Source: Candidatus Bruticola sp.
GTDB taxonomy: Bacteria; Vulcanimicrobiota; Xenobia; Xenobiales; Xenobiaceae
Assembly (NCBI GenBank): GCA_051874735.1
Contig: JBJEGD010000026.1
Location: 1-64,000, forward strand
Direction: 5' to 3'
Length of the DNA stretch: 64,000 bases
Shown: one piece after another, positions 20,360-30,194 of the stretch
Position numbering within the stretch: the stretch's first letter is position 1
How the letters are laid out: the number at the start of each line of letters is the position of its first letter
The notes under the pieces: model-generated
The model's input: only the letters and a program-made list of their open reading frames with translations
Database searches by the model: none
Told to the model about the DNA's origin: nothing
Position numbers and translations under genes: made by a program

Positions 20360-21607
20360 ATGTCAGATACCGCTGTAAATATCAGTGCCGCTCTCGATAA
20401 TGTTGAAGAGCTTTTGAAGGCCCAAAAAAATACCCAAGCTTACGAAGAGCTGTCCCGCCTTACTAAAGAGACCTCTCAGCCTGAAGAACTGATCCGTCTT
20501 TACCATCTTAGTGGTGTAGTTTCTTCCCGTTTTGGTAAAATGGACGATGCTATAATACACTTCCGCCGCAGTCGCACTGAGGCTGAAAAGGTGAATGATC
20601 AGAGAGCTATGGCCCAGGCCGACGAATATTTAGGCTCTGCTTATCATCAGCGCAATCGTCTCGATGAAGCTCGCTTCCATTATTCAAGAGCTTTATCTAT
20701 TTGGACTGAGTTGAAAGATGCTGCCGGACAAGGACGAGGCCACCGCAATATGGGCAACCTCTACGTTGACGCCAATAATCCTAGGGCGGCTATGGCTGAA
20801 TATGATGACAGCTGCAAGTTCTTCCGCGATTTAGGTTTAAGCGAAGAAATGGCTCCAGCTATTTTACACCGGGCCACAATGGCTTATCAGAGCAAAGGTT
20901 TAGTTAAAGCTCTGGAAGTTTATAAAGCTGGAATAGAGGAAGATAAATGTCATCACTATTTAGTGCTTAACAATTACGGATTCATGCTTATGCTCAATAA
21001 TCAAATTGAGGACGGCATGAAGTATTTGAAACAGTCTATGGAAGAGATTGAAGCTAAGAATATTAATGATGACGATTTAGCTTTGGTTTGTTTGAATATC
21101 GGTGTAGCTTACGCCTTGAACGATAATTTAGGCGAGGCAGAAAATTATCTGCGCCGTGCTGCCGATTTACTGGAGTCTTACCCTCAAGCTAGAGCTGTGG
21201 AATTCTTGCTCCAGGCTAACGATAAATATCGCGACAAGGGATTCAGCAAATACCTTATTGTTGACAATGGCCAGAAAAAGTCATTAGCTCATCTGAACTT
21301 GGCTGCGGTTTTAGTTTGGGGCGGTAAGCTTGATGAAGCTAAAGAAGAAATTGCTAAAGGTGTTGAGTCTGACCGCAGCTTCGGCTACCCTTACCTCTCG
21401 GCCGGTTGGGTTTATTTGGCCGCTGGAATGGATAAAGAAGCTTCTGCTTCTTTCTATCGCGCTTGCGGTTTTGAGCCTAAGAACGAGGAGTTCCGCAAGG
21501 CTTTAAACTTAGTTAACCCTTACGTTCAGTCTAAGGTAGGGCGTAATGAGCCTTGCCCTTGCGGTAGCGGCAAAAAGTTTAAGAAATGTCACGGTATGGG
21601 ACTGTAA
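20360..21607 (+). CDS. TPR-repeat protein with C-terminal SEC-C zinc-binding motif
   Basis: Multiple TPR-like helical repeats and the C-terminal [21 protein letters not shown]; AGGAG RBS upstream. Confidence 0.9.
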   Translation: MSDTAVNISAALDNVEELLKAQKNTQAYEELSRLTKETSQPEELIRLYHLSGVVSSRFGKMDDAIIHFRRSRTEAEKVNDQRAMAQADEYLGSAYHQRNRLDEARFHYSRALSIWTELKDAAGQGRGHRNMGNLYVDANNPRAAMAEYDDSCKFFRDLGLSEEMAPAILHRATMAYQSKGLVKALEVYKAGIEEDKCHHYLVLNNYGFMLMLNNQIEDGMKYLKQSMEEIEAKNINDDDLALVCLNIGVAYALNDNLGEAENYLRRAADLLESYPQARAVEFLLQANDKYRDKGFSKYLIVDNGQKKSLAHLNLAAVLVWGGKLDEAKEEIAKGVESDRSFGYPYLSAGWVYLAAGMDKEASASFYRACGFEPKNEEFRKALNLVNPYVQSKVGRNEPCPCGSGKKFKKCHGMGL

Positions 21608-21628
21608 CTTTATTTATATAGCCTCATG

Positions 21629-21669
21629 AAAGGGCTGCCCTCCGCATTTTAGCGGAGGGCAGCCCTTTT
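21629..21669 (+). terminator. intrinsic terminator
   Basis: Perfect stem aaagggctgccctccgc/gcggagggcagcccttt. Confidence 0.9.
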
Positions 21670-21763
21670 GTATAATGTAAAAGCAGAAGGAGGGCATATA
21701 TTTTTATTCAACTATAAGCAAGCGGAGTTTATTAAAAAAACGTAATAAGGACTGGTTTATAAC

Positions 21764-24436
21764 TTGGAGTTTGTATTTATAGCTATTTTATCGCTAATAA
21801 TACTGCTATTGCCGTTAATTTTATCGATAATCGCAGTTGCTTCATGTAATTCTGTAAAAAATCGTCTGCAAAAATTGGAATCGGCATTTAGCAGACTGCA
21901 GGTTGGTTATGTAGAGAAGCAGTTACCCCCTTCTCCTCCATCTGCTCCTCTAAATAATAGAACTGAGTTGTTTTCAGGTTCAGCTCCATTATCATCTTTG
22001 AAAGCAGATAAAATTGAAACGGTTGACTTACCTGCTGCAGAAAAAAAATGTGTGCCGGAAGCTGAAATATCTAATTCGTTGGTGCACCAAACTCCTTTTG
22101 AATCCGCTCTCAGTTCAGAAGATAAAGCTCAAAAACCCTGGCGTCCTTCAAAATCTGGTCCTGCTGAGTCGCCTAAGAAAGTGGAGCAGAATGTAGCTCC
22201 TAGTGGACATAATGCGGCAAATAGTCTGGAACAGTTCTTTTTGGGCAATCTTTTTAGTAAACTTGGGGCTTTAGCTTTTCTTGTTTTTATAATCCTTTTC
22301 ATAAAGTGGATTTCACCTTACTTGGCTCTGACAACCGCTATGAAAGTTGGAGCTGTTTATGCCTTAAGTTCAGTCTTTATGGCTGTAGGCGCTTTTTCTT
22401 TGTCAAAGCCCAACCTGCGAGGTCTAGCTGAAACTCTCCTGGGGGTCGGTTTGGCTGCAGCTATTATGATAACTTACGCTGGCAGTGTCTATTTTGAATT
22501 GTGGGACAATTATATTAGTCTGCTGCTAGCCTCGCTTATCTTGTTGGGTACTTATGTTTTAGCTTATTTCGTGCAGCGTCGCTCTGTTGTATGTTTAGGT
22601 TTATTAGCTGGTTATGCGAATCTAGTCTTTATCCAAGCTTCAATTGATAGTACTGTAGTTTTCGATGTTTACGTAGTAATTTTAACTATATTCTGCCTCA
22701 TAGGCGTTATGCGCAGCCGCAACTGGGGAGCTCTTTTCAGCACTCATATAGTTGTAAGCTGGATTTTTATTTTAGTACGCTACCTGTTCCGCAGCGAATT
22801 AGATTTTTCAACTGTTGCTTTAGCAGCTATGTGGCTGGTTGTTCTGGTTTATGACTTATTTCGCACAGAGGAAGGATATACTCCCAGACAACTTAAGTTC
22901 AGTGTCTCCCTAAATCATTTTATAATGATTTTAGGATCTATAATTATTTACAAAAATGGCGAATTTTTGGCCACTTCCGTTTTGGCTGCCGTTATTCTTT
23001 GGGCTTTGGCCAAACTACATTGGGATAACAAGAAAATTTTGGCCGTAACTTTTGTTAATAGCAGCCTGTTAATATTGGCTTTATCTACCTATGGTTTTGA
23101 GGAGCCTATTTCCAGAGTTGTATTTTTATCAGCTCTCAGTTTGGTTTCTATTGCCGTTGCCATGTACAAAACAGAAAATTCTTTTCTTAGAGATAATCTC
23201 TGCTTTTGGAACAGCTGTTGCAATACAATGGCTTTTGTAGTGCTACTCTTTGCCGATTTAGGGGGAAGAATAGACTTTTTCTTTACTCCTGATCGAAATT
23301 TATGGTGGCGCTTAGGGACCTTGTCTTCTCTTATTTCTGTCTCATCTTGGTTGCTTAGCTATCTGCTAATTAAATACAGCTCTTGGGCTTCTGAAAAAGA
23401 AAAACTTGAGAAGTTTAGCCTTTGGGCAGCCATAACTTTAATTTACATTTACTGCGGGCGAGAGATATCCGAGCTGTTAGAGCATTTATTTGCTAAAGGC
23501 TTAAAAGGATTTACTTTTAGTTGGTTTAGTACGGTAACTGTATGTTCAATCTATGCTCTGCATATTGCAGTGCAAGCTAAAGCTTTAAAAAGCAAGTCAT
23601 TTGTTGTTGGTTATAACATCGCTCTGAGCATGTCAGTTTTTGCATTGCTTATTTATGCTCTAGTTGGAGCTCCATTAAACAGATTACACGATTTTATGCC
23701 TATAGTTAATTTGGGTTTTTTAGCCCATGCAATGACTATTTTGGCTTTAGCTGCTGTTTTTATAATTTCTAAAGTCTCCATTTACGCTGTAGGGGCTATC
23801 CTAGTAGGATGGGCTTTAGTCCATTTTGAGGGGGGCAATATTGTCAGTATTTGCGGTATAGACTCAATAACTTCAGTATTATGGATGCTTTACGCTGCTG
23901 CTGTTCTCTTTGTTGGTATAGGTTTTAAGAAAAGTTATGTTACTAAATGCGGTATATTTATAGTTTGTGTTACTCTGATACGCGTTGTCACTTACGATAT
24001 TATCAGTCTGTCTATGGGCTATAAATTGCTGCTCTTCTTTGTTTTAGGCTGTGCTTTCTTAATTGTGTCTTATTATTATTCTAAGAGAACATTTGTTTCT
24101 AAGGAAGAAAAAAATGTTATTTCTCCCCTTATAGAGACCGATTCAGCTTCTGATTTTGCTATGTCGCAGCCTATTGAAAGCGGCGTTAAAGAAAGTTGGG
24201 CTGCTGCAGATACGCAGCTCTTGGAAGATAAAGAAGTTGACAGCTCAATAACAACTTCTCCTTTCAGCGACAGGTGGCTGCAAGAAGATAATTCAGTTGG
24301 CCTCTGTGCCGATGAAAAAAATGAGTCGAAATCTGCGGCTGAAATTATCCATGTGGCTGAAGCGAAAAATGAGCTTCCCAAAGAAGGCGAGGCTTGTATG
24401 CCTGCTGCTTGTAAAGCTAGCTGGCATACAGATTAA
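21764..24436 (+). CDS. DUF2339-family polytopic membrane protein
   Basis: N-terminal TM helix, coiled coil and Pro-rich linker, then LEQFFLGNLFSKLG followed by many TM helices. Confidence 0.75.
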   Translation: MEFVFIAILSLIILLLPLILSIIAVASCNSVKNRLQKLESAFSRLQVGYVEKQLPPSPPSAPLNNRTELFSGSAPLSSLKADKIETVDLPAAEKKCVPEAEISNSLVHQTPFESALSSEDKAQKPWRPSKSGPAESPKKVEQNVAPSGHNAANSLEQFFLGNLFSKLGALAFLVFIILFIKWISPYLALTTAMKVGAVYALSSVFMAVGAFSLSKPNLRGLAETLLGVGLAAAIMITYAGSVYFELWDNYISLLLASLILLGTYVLAYFVQRRSVVCLGLLAGYANLVFIQASIDSTVVFDVYVVILTIFCLIGVMRSRNWGALFSTHIVVSWIFILVRYLFRSELDFSTVALAAMWLVVLVYDLFRTEEGYTPRQLKFSVSLNHFIMILGSIIIYKNGEFLATSVLAAVILWALAKLHWDNKKILAVTFVNSSLLILALSTYGFEEPISRVVFLSALSLVSIAVAMYKTENSFLRDNLCFWNSCCNTMAFVVLLFADLGGRIDFFFTPDRNLWWRLGTLSSLISVSSWLLSYLLIKYSSWASEKEKLEKFSLWAAITLIYIYCGREISELLEHLFAKGLKGFTFSWFSTVTVCSIYALHIAVQAKALKSKSFVVGYNIALSMSVFALLIYALVGAPLNRLHDFMPIVNLGFLAHAMTILALAAVFIISKVSIYAVGAILVGWALVHFEGGNIVSICGIDSITSVLWMLYAAAVLFVGIGFKKSYVTKCGIFIVCVTLIRVVTYDIISLSMGYKLLLFFVLGCAFLIVSYYYSKRTFVSKEEKNVISPLIETDSASDFAMSQPIESGVKESWAAADTQLLEDKEVDSSITTSPFSDRWLQEDNSVGLCADEKNESKSAAEIIHVAEAKNELPKEGEACMPAACKASWHTD

Positions 24437-24496
24437 TATTAAAATATTAAGGTACTAAAATAGGTTGATTTATTTTAATATTCTATTCATATAGAC

Positions 24497-24538
24497 AAAA
24501 AACGGTTGGATTTATAAAAAATTCCAACCGTTTTTTTT
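24497..24538 (+). terminator. intrinsic terminator
   Basis: aaaaaacggttgga/tccaaccgtttttttt. Confidence 0.85.
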
Positions 24539-24600
24539 GTTTACACCCCCTTCTATTCCCATTTTTTTGACTATATTTTTATTAATTATTAATTTTTTTT

Positions 24601-24652
24601 GGCAAAGTTGTAACAAATTTGTCCATAAATAACAGCTCAAATTATGTACTAT
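24601..24652 (+). promoter_or_regulatory. conserved upstream block, copy 1 (before nuclease 1)
   Basis: Aligns without gaps to 27591-27642 (about 36/52 identical by my count) and ends in a -10-like TACTAT. Confidence 0.55.
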
Positions 24653-24927
24653 TGTGACAGTTACTAACTAGAGTTGATTATATTTGCAGCCTAAACTGGA
24701 GAGGCTATTTTTCTAATATTGGCCGTTTCTCTACATGTTGCAGTGTACAACCGCTAAAAAGTAACACATAGCTGAGGTTTCTTGTAGCAAAATATTATAA
24801 AATTTTTAGTTTGCTTCCGGAAATTTTTGCGTTTTTTATGCAGTTATCTTTTTGCGTTATATTGTTATGAATTGGACAAAAAAAGTTATCTGCAGCAACC
24901 TAGGCAAAGGGATAGGAATTGCTAAAT

Positions 24928-26052
24928 ATGAGTATCGGAAGTATTTCTGGTAGTTCTTTATATACTAACACACAAGTTTCAGAGAGTTCTATTAAGCGCC
25001 CTGAAGGTTTTCAAGGAACAGGCAAAGACGTCTACGTGCACGATGACGACGCTCAGCTTACTAAAGAGCAACAGTTCGCTAAAGCTGGTCGTCTATTTCA
25101 GAGCGTGAACGATGAAACTTTCCAGGCTGCAGGTCGTAAAAAGCGCGGCAAGCATGGAGGTCCCAAAGGTCCTAACGGTCCTAATACTTCTAAAGGTCCT
25201 TCTGAAGTTACAACTGATGGAGTCAGCATGTTTGAAGGCCGCAACGGATACGATACTAAGTTCTTAGGGGTAGAGCTTCCTCTTCCCGGTATTGGTAGCT
25301 CCATTCAAGATAAAGTGGCTATGCGCACTGATAAACCCGGCGAGTGCGAGCTTACCTATACAAACTACTCTGTAGTTATGAATAAAGATCGCAAACAGTG
25401 CTTCTATGCTATCTGCAATATCGACGGTAATACTCATAAAAATGTGAAGCGTTCCGGTAGCTGGACTCTTGACGGCCGTATTCCTCGTGAATATCAGTTA
25501 GGCAACGAAGCTTATGCTGATAACAATATCGACAGAGGTCATATGGTTCGGCGTTTAGATCCTTGCTGGGGTAAGAATGCTGAATTAGCTAGTCGCGATA
25601 CTTTTAGCTACTGCAACTCTTCATTGCAACATAGCGGTCTCAATCAGAAAGAGTGGCTTCAGCTCGAAGATCATGTGCTAAATTCTGCTAAGGGCCAAAA
25701 AATGACTGTAATTACTGGTCCTATCTTCTCTGAGAGCGATCCTTATTTTGATAACCATGGCAAAATGGAAGAGCCGGCTCAGATTCCTATGAAGTTCTTT
25801 AAAACTGTCGTTTGGAATGAGGGTGGAGAACTCAAGAGCGCTTCCTTTATTCTCTCTCAGGAGGATATTATCGGCGGCGATGGTTCTTTAGGTGCTAAGG
25901 GCGGTTTCGATCCTGATCGCTTCGAAGTTTATCAGGTTCCTCAAAAGGAAGTGGAGCGCCTTACCGATCTGCATTTCGGCAATATCGGCGATATCACCGA
26001 GCAGCCTATGCGTTTGACTGCTGACAACGATTACTCTCCCAAGTTGGCATAA
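24928..26052 (+). CDS. DNA/RNA non-specific endonuclease (NucA/EndG beta-beta-alpha-metal family), copy 1
   Basis: DRGHMVRRLDP catalytic motif, LNQKEWLQLE metal-binding helix and ITGPIF. ATG at 24928 is preferred over TTG at 24919. Confidence 0.93.
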   Translation: MSIGSISGSSLYTNTQVSESSIKRPEGFQGTGKDVYVHDDDAQLTKEQQFAKAGRLFQSVNDETFQAAGRKKRGKHGGPKGPNGPNTSKGPSEVTTDGVSMFEGRNGYDTKFLGVELPLPGIGSSIQDKVAMRTDKPGECELTYTNYSVVMNKDRKQCFYAICNIDGNTHKNVKRSGSWTLDGRIPREYQLGNEAYADNNIDRGHMVRRLDPCWGKNAELASRDTFSYCNSSLQHSGLNQKEWLQLEDHVLNSAKGQKMTVITGPIFSESDPYFDNHGKMEEPAQIPMKFFKTVVWNEGGELKSASFILSQEDIIGGDGSLGAKGGFDPDRFEVYQVPQKEVERLTDLHFGNIGDITEQPMRLTADNDYSPKLA

Positions 26053-26091
26053 ACTAATCAACAAAGTTAAGTCCTGCCGATGAGGCGTCTC

Positions 26092-26152
26092 AATAGTGTT
26101 AGGGTGTTCTGAGAAAATGTATACTGTCTCAGAGCACCCTTACAGTATTTTT
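26092..26152 (+). terminator. long hairpin terminator after nuclease 1
   Basis: 23-bp imperfect inverted repeat aatagtgttagggtgttctgaga/tctcagagcacccttacagtatt followed by T residues. Confidence 0.7.
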
Positions 26153-26239
26153 AGAAAAATATTTTTTATTTGGTTCTATCTGGGACTGCGCAGTTATAAA
26201 AGTTTTGGGCGAGGGGGAGAAATCAGAGGTTAATTAGTT

Positions 26240-27316
26240 GTGTGTATAGGATCTATTTCTGGAAGTTCTTTGTATGCTAGTAAGCAAGTAGCCGATAATT
26301 TTGCCTGCTGTTCTGAAAAATCTGAGGTAGCTAGTCAAGATACCTTTGTTAAAGGTAACAACGCACAGTTTGTTAAAGAGCAAAATTTTGCTAAAGCTGG
26401 TCGTTTTTTCCAGAGTTGCATTTCCCATCATACTGATTCTGCTTCTGAAGCTATTGCTATTCAAGGTGATAAAGTTTCTATGTTCGAAGGCCGGAACGGT
26501 TACGATAAGAACTTTTTAGGCACAGAGCTGCCTTTGCCTGAATTGGGTAGTTCTATAAAAGATCAAGTTGCTATGCGAACTGATAAACCTGGCGAATGCG
26601 AACTTACCTATACTAATTACTCTGTAGTAATGAATAAAGATCGCAAACAATGCTTCTATGCTATTTGCAATATAGATGGTAATAATCTGCATAATATTAA
26701 GCGTGCCGGTAATTGGACTTTAGATGGGCGTATTCCCCGCGAATATCAGTTAGGTGACGAAGCTTATAAGCGCAATAATATTGATAAAGGCCACATGGTT
26801 CGCCGTCTCGATCCCTGTTGGGGTAAAAATGCTGAATTAGCTAGCCGCGACACTTTCAGCTACTGCAATGCTTCTTTGCAACATGCAGGATTAAACCAAG
26901 ATGAATGGTTAGCTTTAGAAGATCATGTGCTCGCTTCTGCCAAGGGTCAAAAGATGAGCGTAATCACCGGTCCTATTTTTTCTGAGAGTGATCCTTGGTT
27001 CGACAATAACGGCAAAATGGAAGAACCAGCTCAGATACCTATGAAGTTTTTTAAAACTGTAGTTTGGGCTGATGAAAAAAGTGGAGCCCTTAAGAGTGCC
27101 TCTTTTATCCTTTCCCAGGAAGATATTATCAAGGAAGATGATACTATAACTACAAAAGGCGGTTTTGATCCCGATCGTTTTGGGGTCTATCAAGTCCCCC
27201 AAAAGGAAGTAGAACGCCTTACCGATCTGCATTTCGGCAATATTGGTGATATTACTGAGCAGCCTATGCGTTTGACTGCTGCCAACAATTACGCGCCTTT
27301 AGGTTTAGAACGGTAA
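26240..27316 (+). CDS. DNA/RNA non-specific endonuclease, copy 2
   Basis: DKGHMVRRLDP and LNQDEWLALE; GTG start with GAGG RBS. Confidence 0.93.
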   Translation: MCIGSISGSSLYASKQVADNFACCSEKSEVASQDTFVKGNNAQFVKEQNFAKAGRFFQSCISHHTDSASEAIAIQGDKVSMFEGRNGYDKNFLGTELPLPELGSSIKDQVAMRTDKPGECELTYTNYSVVMNKDRKQCFYAICNIDGNNLHNIKRAGNWTLDGRIPREYQLGDEAYKRNNIDKGHMVRRLDPCWGKNAELASRDTFSYCNASLQHAGLNQDEWLALEDHVLASAKGQKMSVITGPIFSESDPWFDNNGKMEEPAQIPMKFFKTVVWADEKSGALKSASFILSQEDIIKEDDTITTKGGFDPDRFGVYQVPQKEVERLTDLHFGNIGDITEQPMRLTAANNYAPLGLER

Positions 27317-27336
27317 ATATTTTTTTGATTATTCTG

Positions 27337-27386
27337 AAGCCCTAGATTTATGCTAGTTATTATTAGCAAAATCTAGGGCTTTTTTT
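27337..27386 (+). terminator. intrinsic terminator after nuclease 2
   Basis: aagccctagattt...aaatctagggctt followed by a T run. Confidence 0.85.
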
Positions 27387-27590
27387 ATTAGTTTCAACGA
27401 TTTAAGTACGATATAGAAGGCGTTTAATTGTGTACATTAAATGTTTAGTTTAAAATTATTTCAGCTTTACAGGTTTTGTTCCAGCAGCGGTAAATTCTCG
27501 TTATAGTTGTAATTGGTTACCAATTTAAGAACTTCAGTGTTGAAAGATGTTTAATTGATTCACTAAAAAAATAGTTTTTAAACATTTTTT

Positions 27591-27642
27591 GGTGAAGTTG
27601 TTACATTTTTGTGCACAAACAATCTTTAAAGTTCTGTAGTAT
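27591..27642 (+). promoter_or_regulatory. conserved upstream block, copy 2 (before nuclease 3)
   Basis: Homologous to 24601-24652 and ends in TAGTAT. Confidence 0.55.
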
Positions 27643-27684
27643 CTAATTGGTAAACAAGGTCTGGGGTGGGGAGAAATCTAGGGG

Positions 27685-28791
27685 ATGTCAATAATGAGTA
27701 TCGGAAGTATTTCTGGTAATTCTTTATATATTAATAATCAAGTTCCTGAAAGTTCTATTCGCCGTCCTGAGGGCTTCCAGGGTACAGGTAAAGATGTTTT
27801 TGTACACGACGACAATATACAATTTGCCAAAGAGCAAGACTTCGCTAAGGCTGGTCGTCTTTTCCAGAGCTGTCAGCGTGGCAATCAAAACCAGAAGCTT
27901 GAAGAAAACCAGCAAGTTAATGTCATGTCCGCTTCCGGAAATGATATCGAAAGTATAAGCATGTTTGAAGGCCGCAATGGCTACGATAAAAGCTTTTTAG
28001 GTGTAGAGCTGCCCTTGCCTGAATTGGGAAGCTCTATAAAAGATAAAGTTGCCATGCGTACCGATAAGCCTGGAGAGTGTGAGCTTACTTACACTAATTA
28101 CTCTGTGGTAATGAATAAAGAGCGCAAGCAGTGCTTCTATGCCGTTTGCAATATCGACGGTCAGAGTCACCAAGATGTAAAGCGCGATGGCAGCTGGACT
28201 ATCGATGGAAGAATTCCCCGTGAATATCAGTTGGGCAACGAAGCTTACGGTGGTAACAATATTGATAAGGGCCATATGGTTCGCCGCTTAGATCCCTGTT
28301 GGGGTGATGATCCCCTGTTGGCCAGCCGCGATACTTTCAGTTACTGCAATGCAACTTTGCAGCATAGTGCTTTGAATCAGAAAGAATGGTTAGAGCTGGA
28401 AAACCATGTGCTTGACAGCGCTACTGGAGCTAATCAGAAGCTGACTGTAATTACTGGTCCTATTTTCTCTGATGATGATCCTAAATTCGATAACAAGGGT
28501 CGAATGAAGGAAGCTACTCAGATCCCTATGAAATTCTTCAAAACTGTTGTTTGGAACGATGGCGGCGAGCTTAAGAGTGCTTCTTTCGTTCTCTCTCAGG
28601 AAGATATAATTAATGGTGATCGTTCTCTCTTCAAGAGCAAGGGGGTAGATCCCGGCCGTTTCAGCGTTTATCAGGTGCCTCAGAAGCAGTTAGAAGAAAT
28701 GACCGATCTGCATTTTGGTAATATTGGTGACATCACTGAGAAGCCTATGCGCCTTACTGCTGCCAACAATTATGCTCCTAAGCTGAGCTAG
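27685..28791 (+). CDS. DNA/RNA non-specific endonuclease, copy 3
   Basis: DKGHMVRRLDP and LNQKEWLELE. Confidence 0.93.
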   Translation: MSIMSIGSISGNSLYINNQVPESSIRRPEGFQGTGKDVFVHDDNIQFAKEQDFAKAGRLFQSCQRGNQNQKLEENQQVNVMSASGNDIESISMFEGRNGYDKSFLGVELPLPELGSSIKDKVAMRTDKPGECELTYTNYSVVMNKERKQCFYAVCNIDGQSHQDVKRDGSWTIDGRIPREYQLGNEAYGGNNIDKGHMVRRLDPCWGDDPLLASRDTFSYCNATLQHSALNQKEWLELENHVLDSATGANQKLTVITGPIFSDDDPKFDNKGRMKEATQIPMKFFKTVVWNDGGELKSASFVLSQEDIINGDRSLFKSKGVDPGRFSVYQVPQKQLEEMTDLHFGNIGDITEKPMRLTAANNYAPKLS

Positions 28792-28814
28792 TTTATTAAC
28801 ATTTTCGCTTATTG

Positions 28815-28853
28815 AAAGGGCTGCTCAATTCTATCCAGTTGGGCAGCTTTTTT
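28815..28853 (+). terminator. intrinsic terminator after nuclease 3
   Basis: aaagggctgctcaatt/agttgggcagcttttt. Confidence 0.8.
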
Positions 28854-28916
28854 GCTTAAGAGATTATTTTTCTTAATCATAATTGAGCAAACTAAGAGCA
28901 TACGGAGTACTTTGTT

Positions 28917-30011
28917 ATGGAAATAGGTGGCCTTTCTGGCAGTTTTTTTAATATACATACTCAAGTTTCAGATAATAATTTACAACGCTTGGGCAAGACT
29001 CAAGATAGTTGTCCCGATACTTTTAAACATGATGAAAACTCTCAGTTTGCGAAAGATAATCAGTTTTACAAAACTGGCCGTCTTTTTCAGAACTGCAGTT
29101 ACAAACCTTCGTCAGCTCTATCTACTTCAGCTTCAGTGGCTATTCAAGGCGAACCTGTGAGTATGTTTGAAGGTCGCAACGGTTACGATAAAAACTTTTT
29201 GGGTGTAGAATTGCCTTTGCCTGGATTGGGAAGCTCTATAAAAGACAAAGTCGCTATGCGTACCGATAAGCCTGGAGAGTGTGAGCTTACTTATACTAAC
29301 TATTCGGTAGTTATGAATAAAGAACGCAAACAGTGCTTTTATGCTATTTGCAATATAGACGGCCGAGCCTCTAGAGCCGTAAAGCGTGAGGGCACTTGGA
29401 CTCTTGATGGACGTATTCCCAGAAAATATCAATTAGGCGATGAAGCTTACGGAGGTAACAATATTGATCGCGGTCATATGGTGCGCCGTTTGGATCCTTG
29501 CTGGGGAAGTAATGCTAAATTAGCAGGAGAAGATACTTTTAGTTATTGCAATTCTGCACTGCAACACGGCGGCCTAAATAAAAAAGAGTGGCTGCGTCTA
29601 GAAGATCATGTATTGAACTCGGCCCGTGGCAGCGGTCAAAAAATAACCGTAATTACTGGACCTATTTTTGCAGCTGACGATCCCAAATTTAATAATAAGG
29701 GAGCTATGAAGGAAGAAGTACAAATTCCGCTGCAGTTTTTTAAAACCGTTATCTGGAACGAGAAAGGTTCTTTGAAGAGCGCTTCTTTTATTCTCTCCCA
29801 AAAAGACATTATAGAAGGAGACAGCTCCTTATTTAAAGCCAAAAAGAATAAAGGGAAAGGTTTCGATCCCGGTGAATTTAAGGTCTACCAAGTGCCTCAA
29901 AAAGAAGTAGAGCGCCTTACCGATCTGCATTTCGGCAATATTGGCGATATTACTGAGAAGACTATGCTCCTTATGGCTGATAACAATTTTGCTCCTCACG
30001 GACTTAGTTAA
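28917..30011 (+). CDS. DNA/RNA non-specific endonuclease, copy 4
   Basis: DRGHMVRRLDP and LNKKEWLRLE; GGAG RBS. Confidence 0.93.
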   Translation: MEIGGLSGSFFNIHTQVSDNNLQRLGKTQDSCPDTFKHDENSQFAKDNQFYKTGRLFQNCSYKPSSALSTSASVAIQGEPVSMFEGRNGYDKNFLGVELPLPGLGSSIKDKVAMRTDKPGECELTYTNYSVVMNKERKQCFYAICNIDGRASRAVKREGTWTLDGRIPRKYQLGDEAYGGNNIDRGHMVRRLDPCWGSNAKLAGEDTFSYCNSALQHGGLNKKEWLRLEDHVLNSARGSGQKITVITGPIFAADDPKFNNKGAMKEEVQIPLQFFKTVIWNEKGSLKSASFILSQKDIIEGDSSLFKAKKNKGKGFDPGEFKVYQVPQKEVERLTDLHFGNIGDITEKTMLLMADNNFAPHGLS

Positions 30012-30039
30012 GGGCATAAATTTTTTATTATGAGTTAAA

Positions 30040-30085
30040 CCAAAGCTGCGACTTAACAGCCTGGAGTCGCAGCTTTGGGGTTTTT
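30040..30085 (+). terminator. intrinsic terminator after nuclease 4
   Basis: ccaaagctgcgact/agtcgcagctttgg followed by ggttttt. Confidence 0.85.
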
Positions 30086-30194
30086 AAATAGGTAAGAAGG
30101 GAAGAACTGTCCACAATAGAAGCTAGGGCGGCGTAATTTTTTTTAGGCCGGGTTTTGTTTTGTTGGAAGCCCGCCCATACCTAGGAGTGTTTTC

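Noticed and set aside
26073-26120. Hammerhead-like ccgatgag...gaaa after nuclease 1
   Set aside because: The core is CCGATGA rather than CUGANGA and stem II does not close before GAAA. The region is explained by the terminator hairpin.
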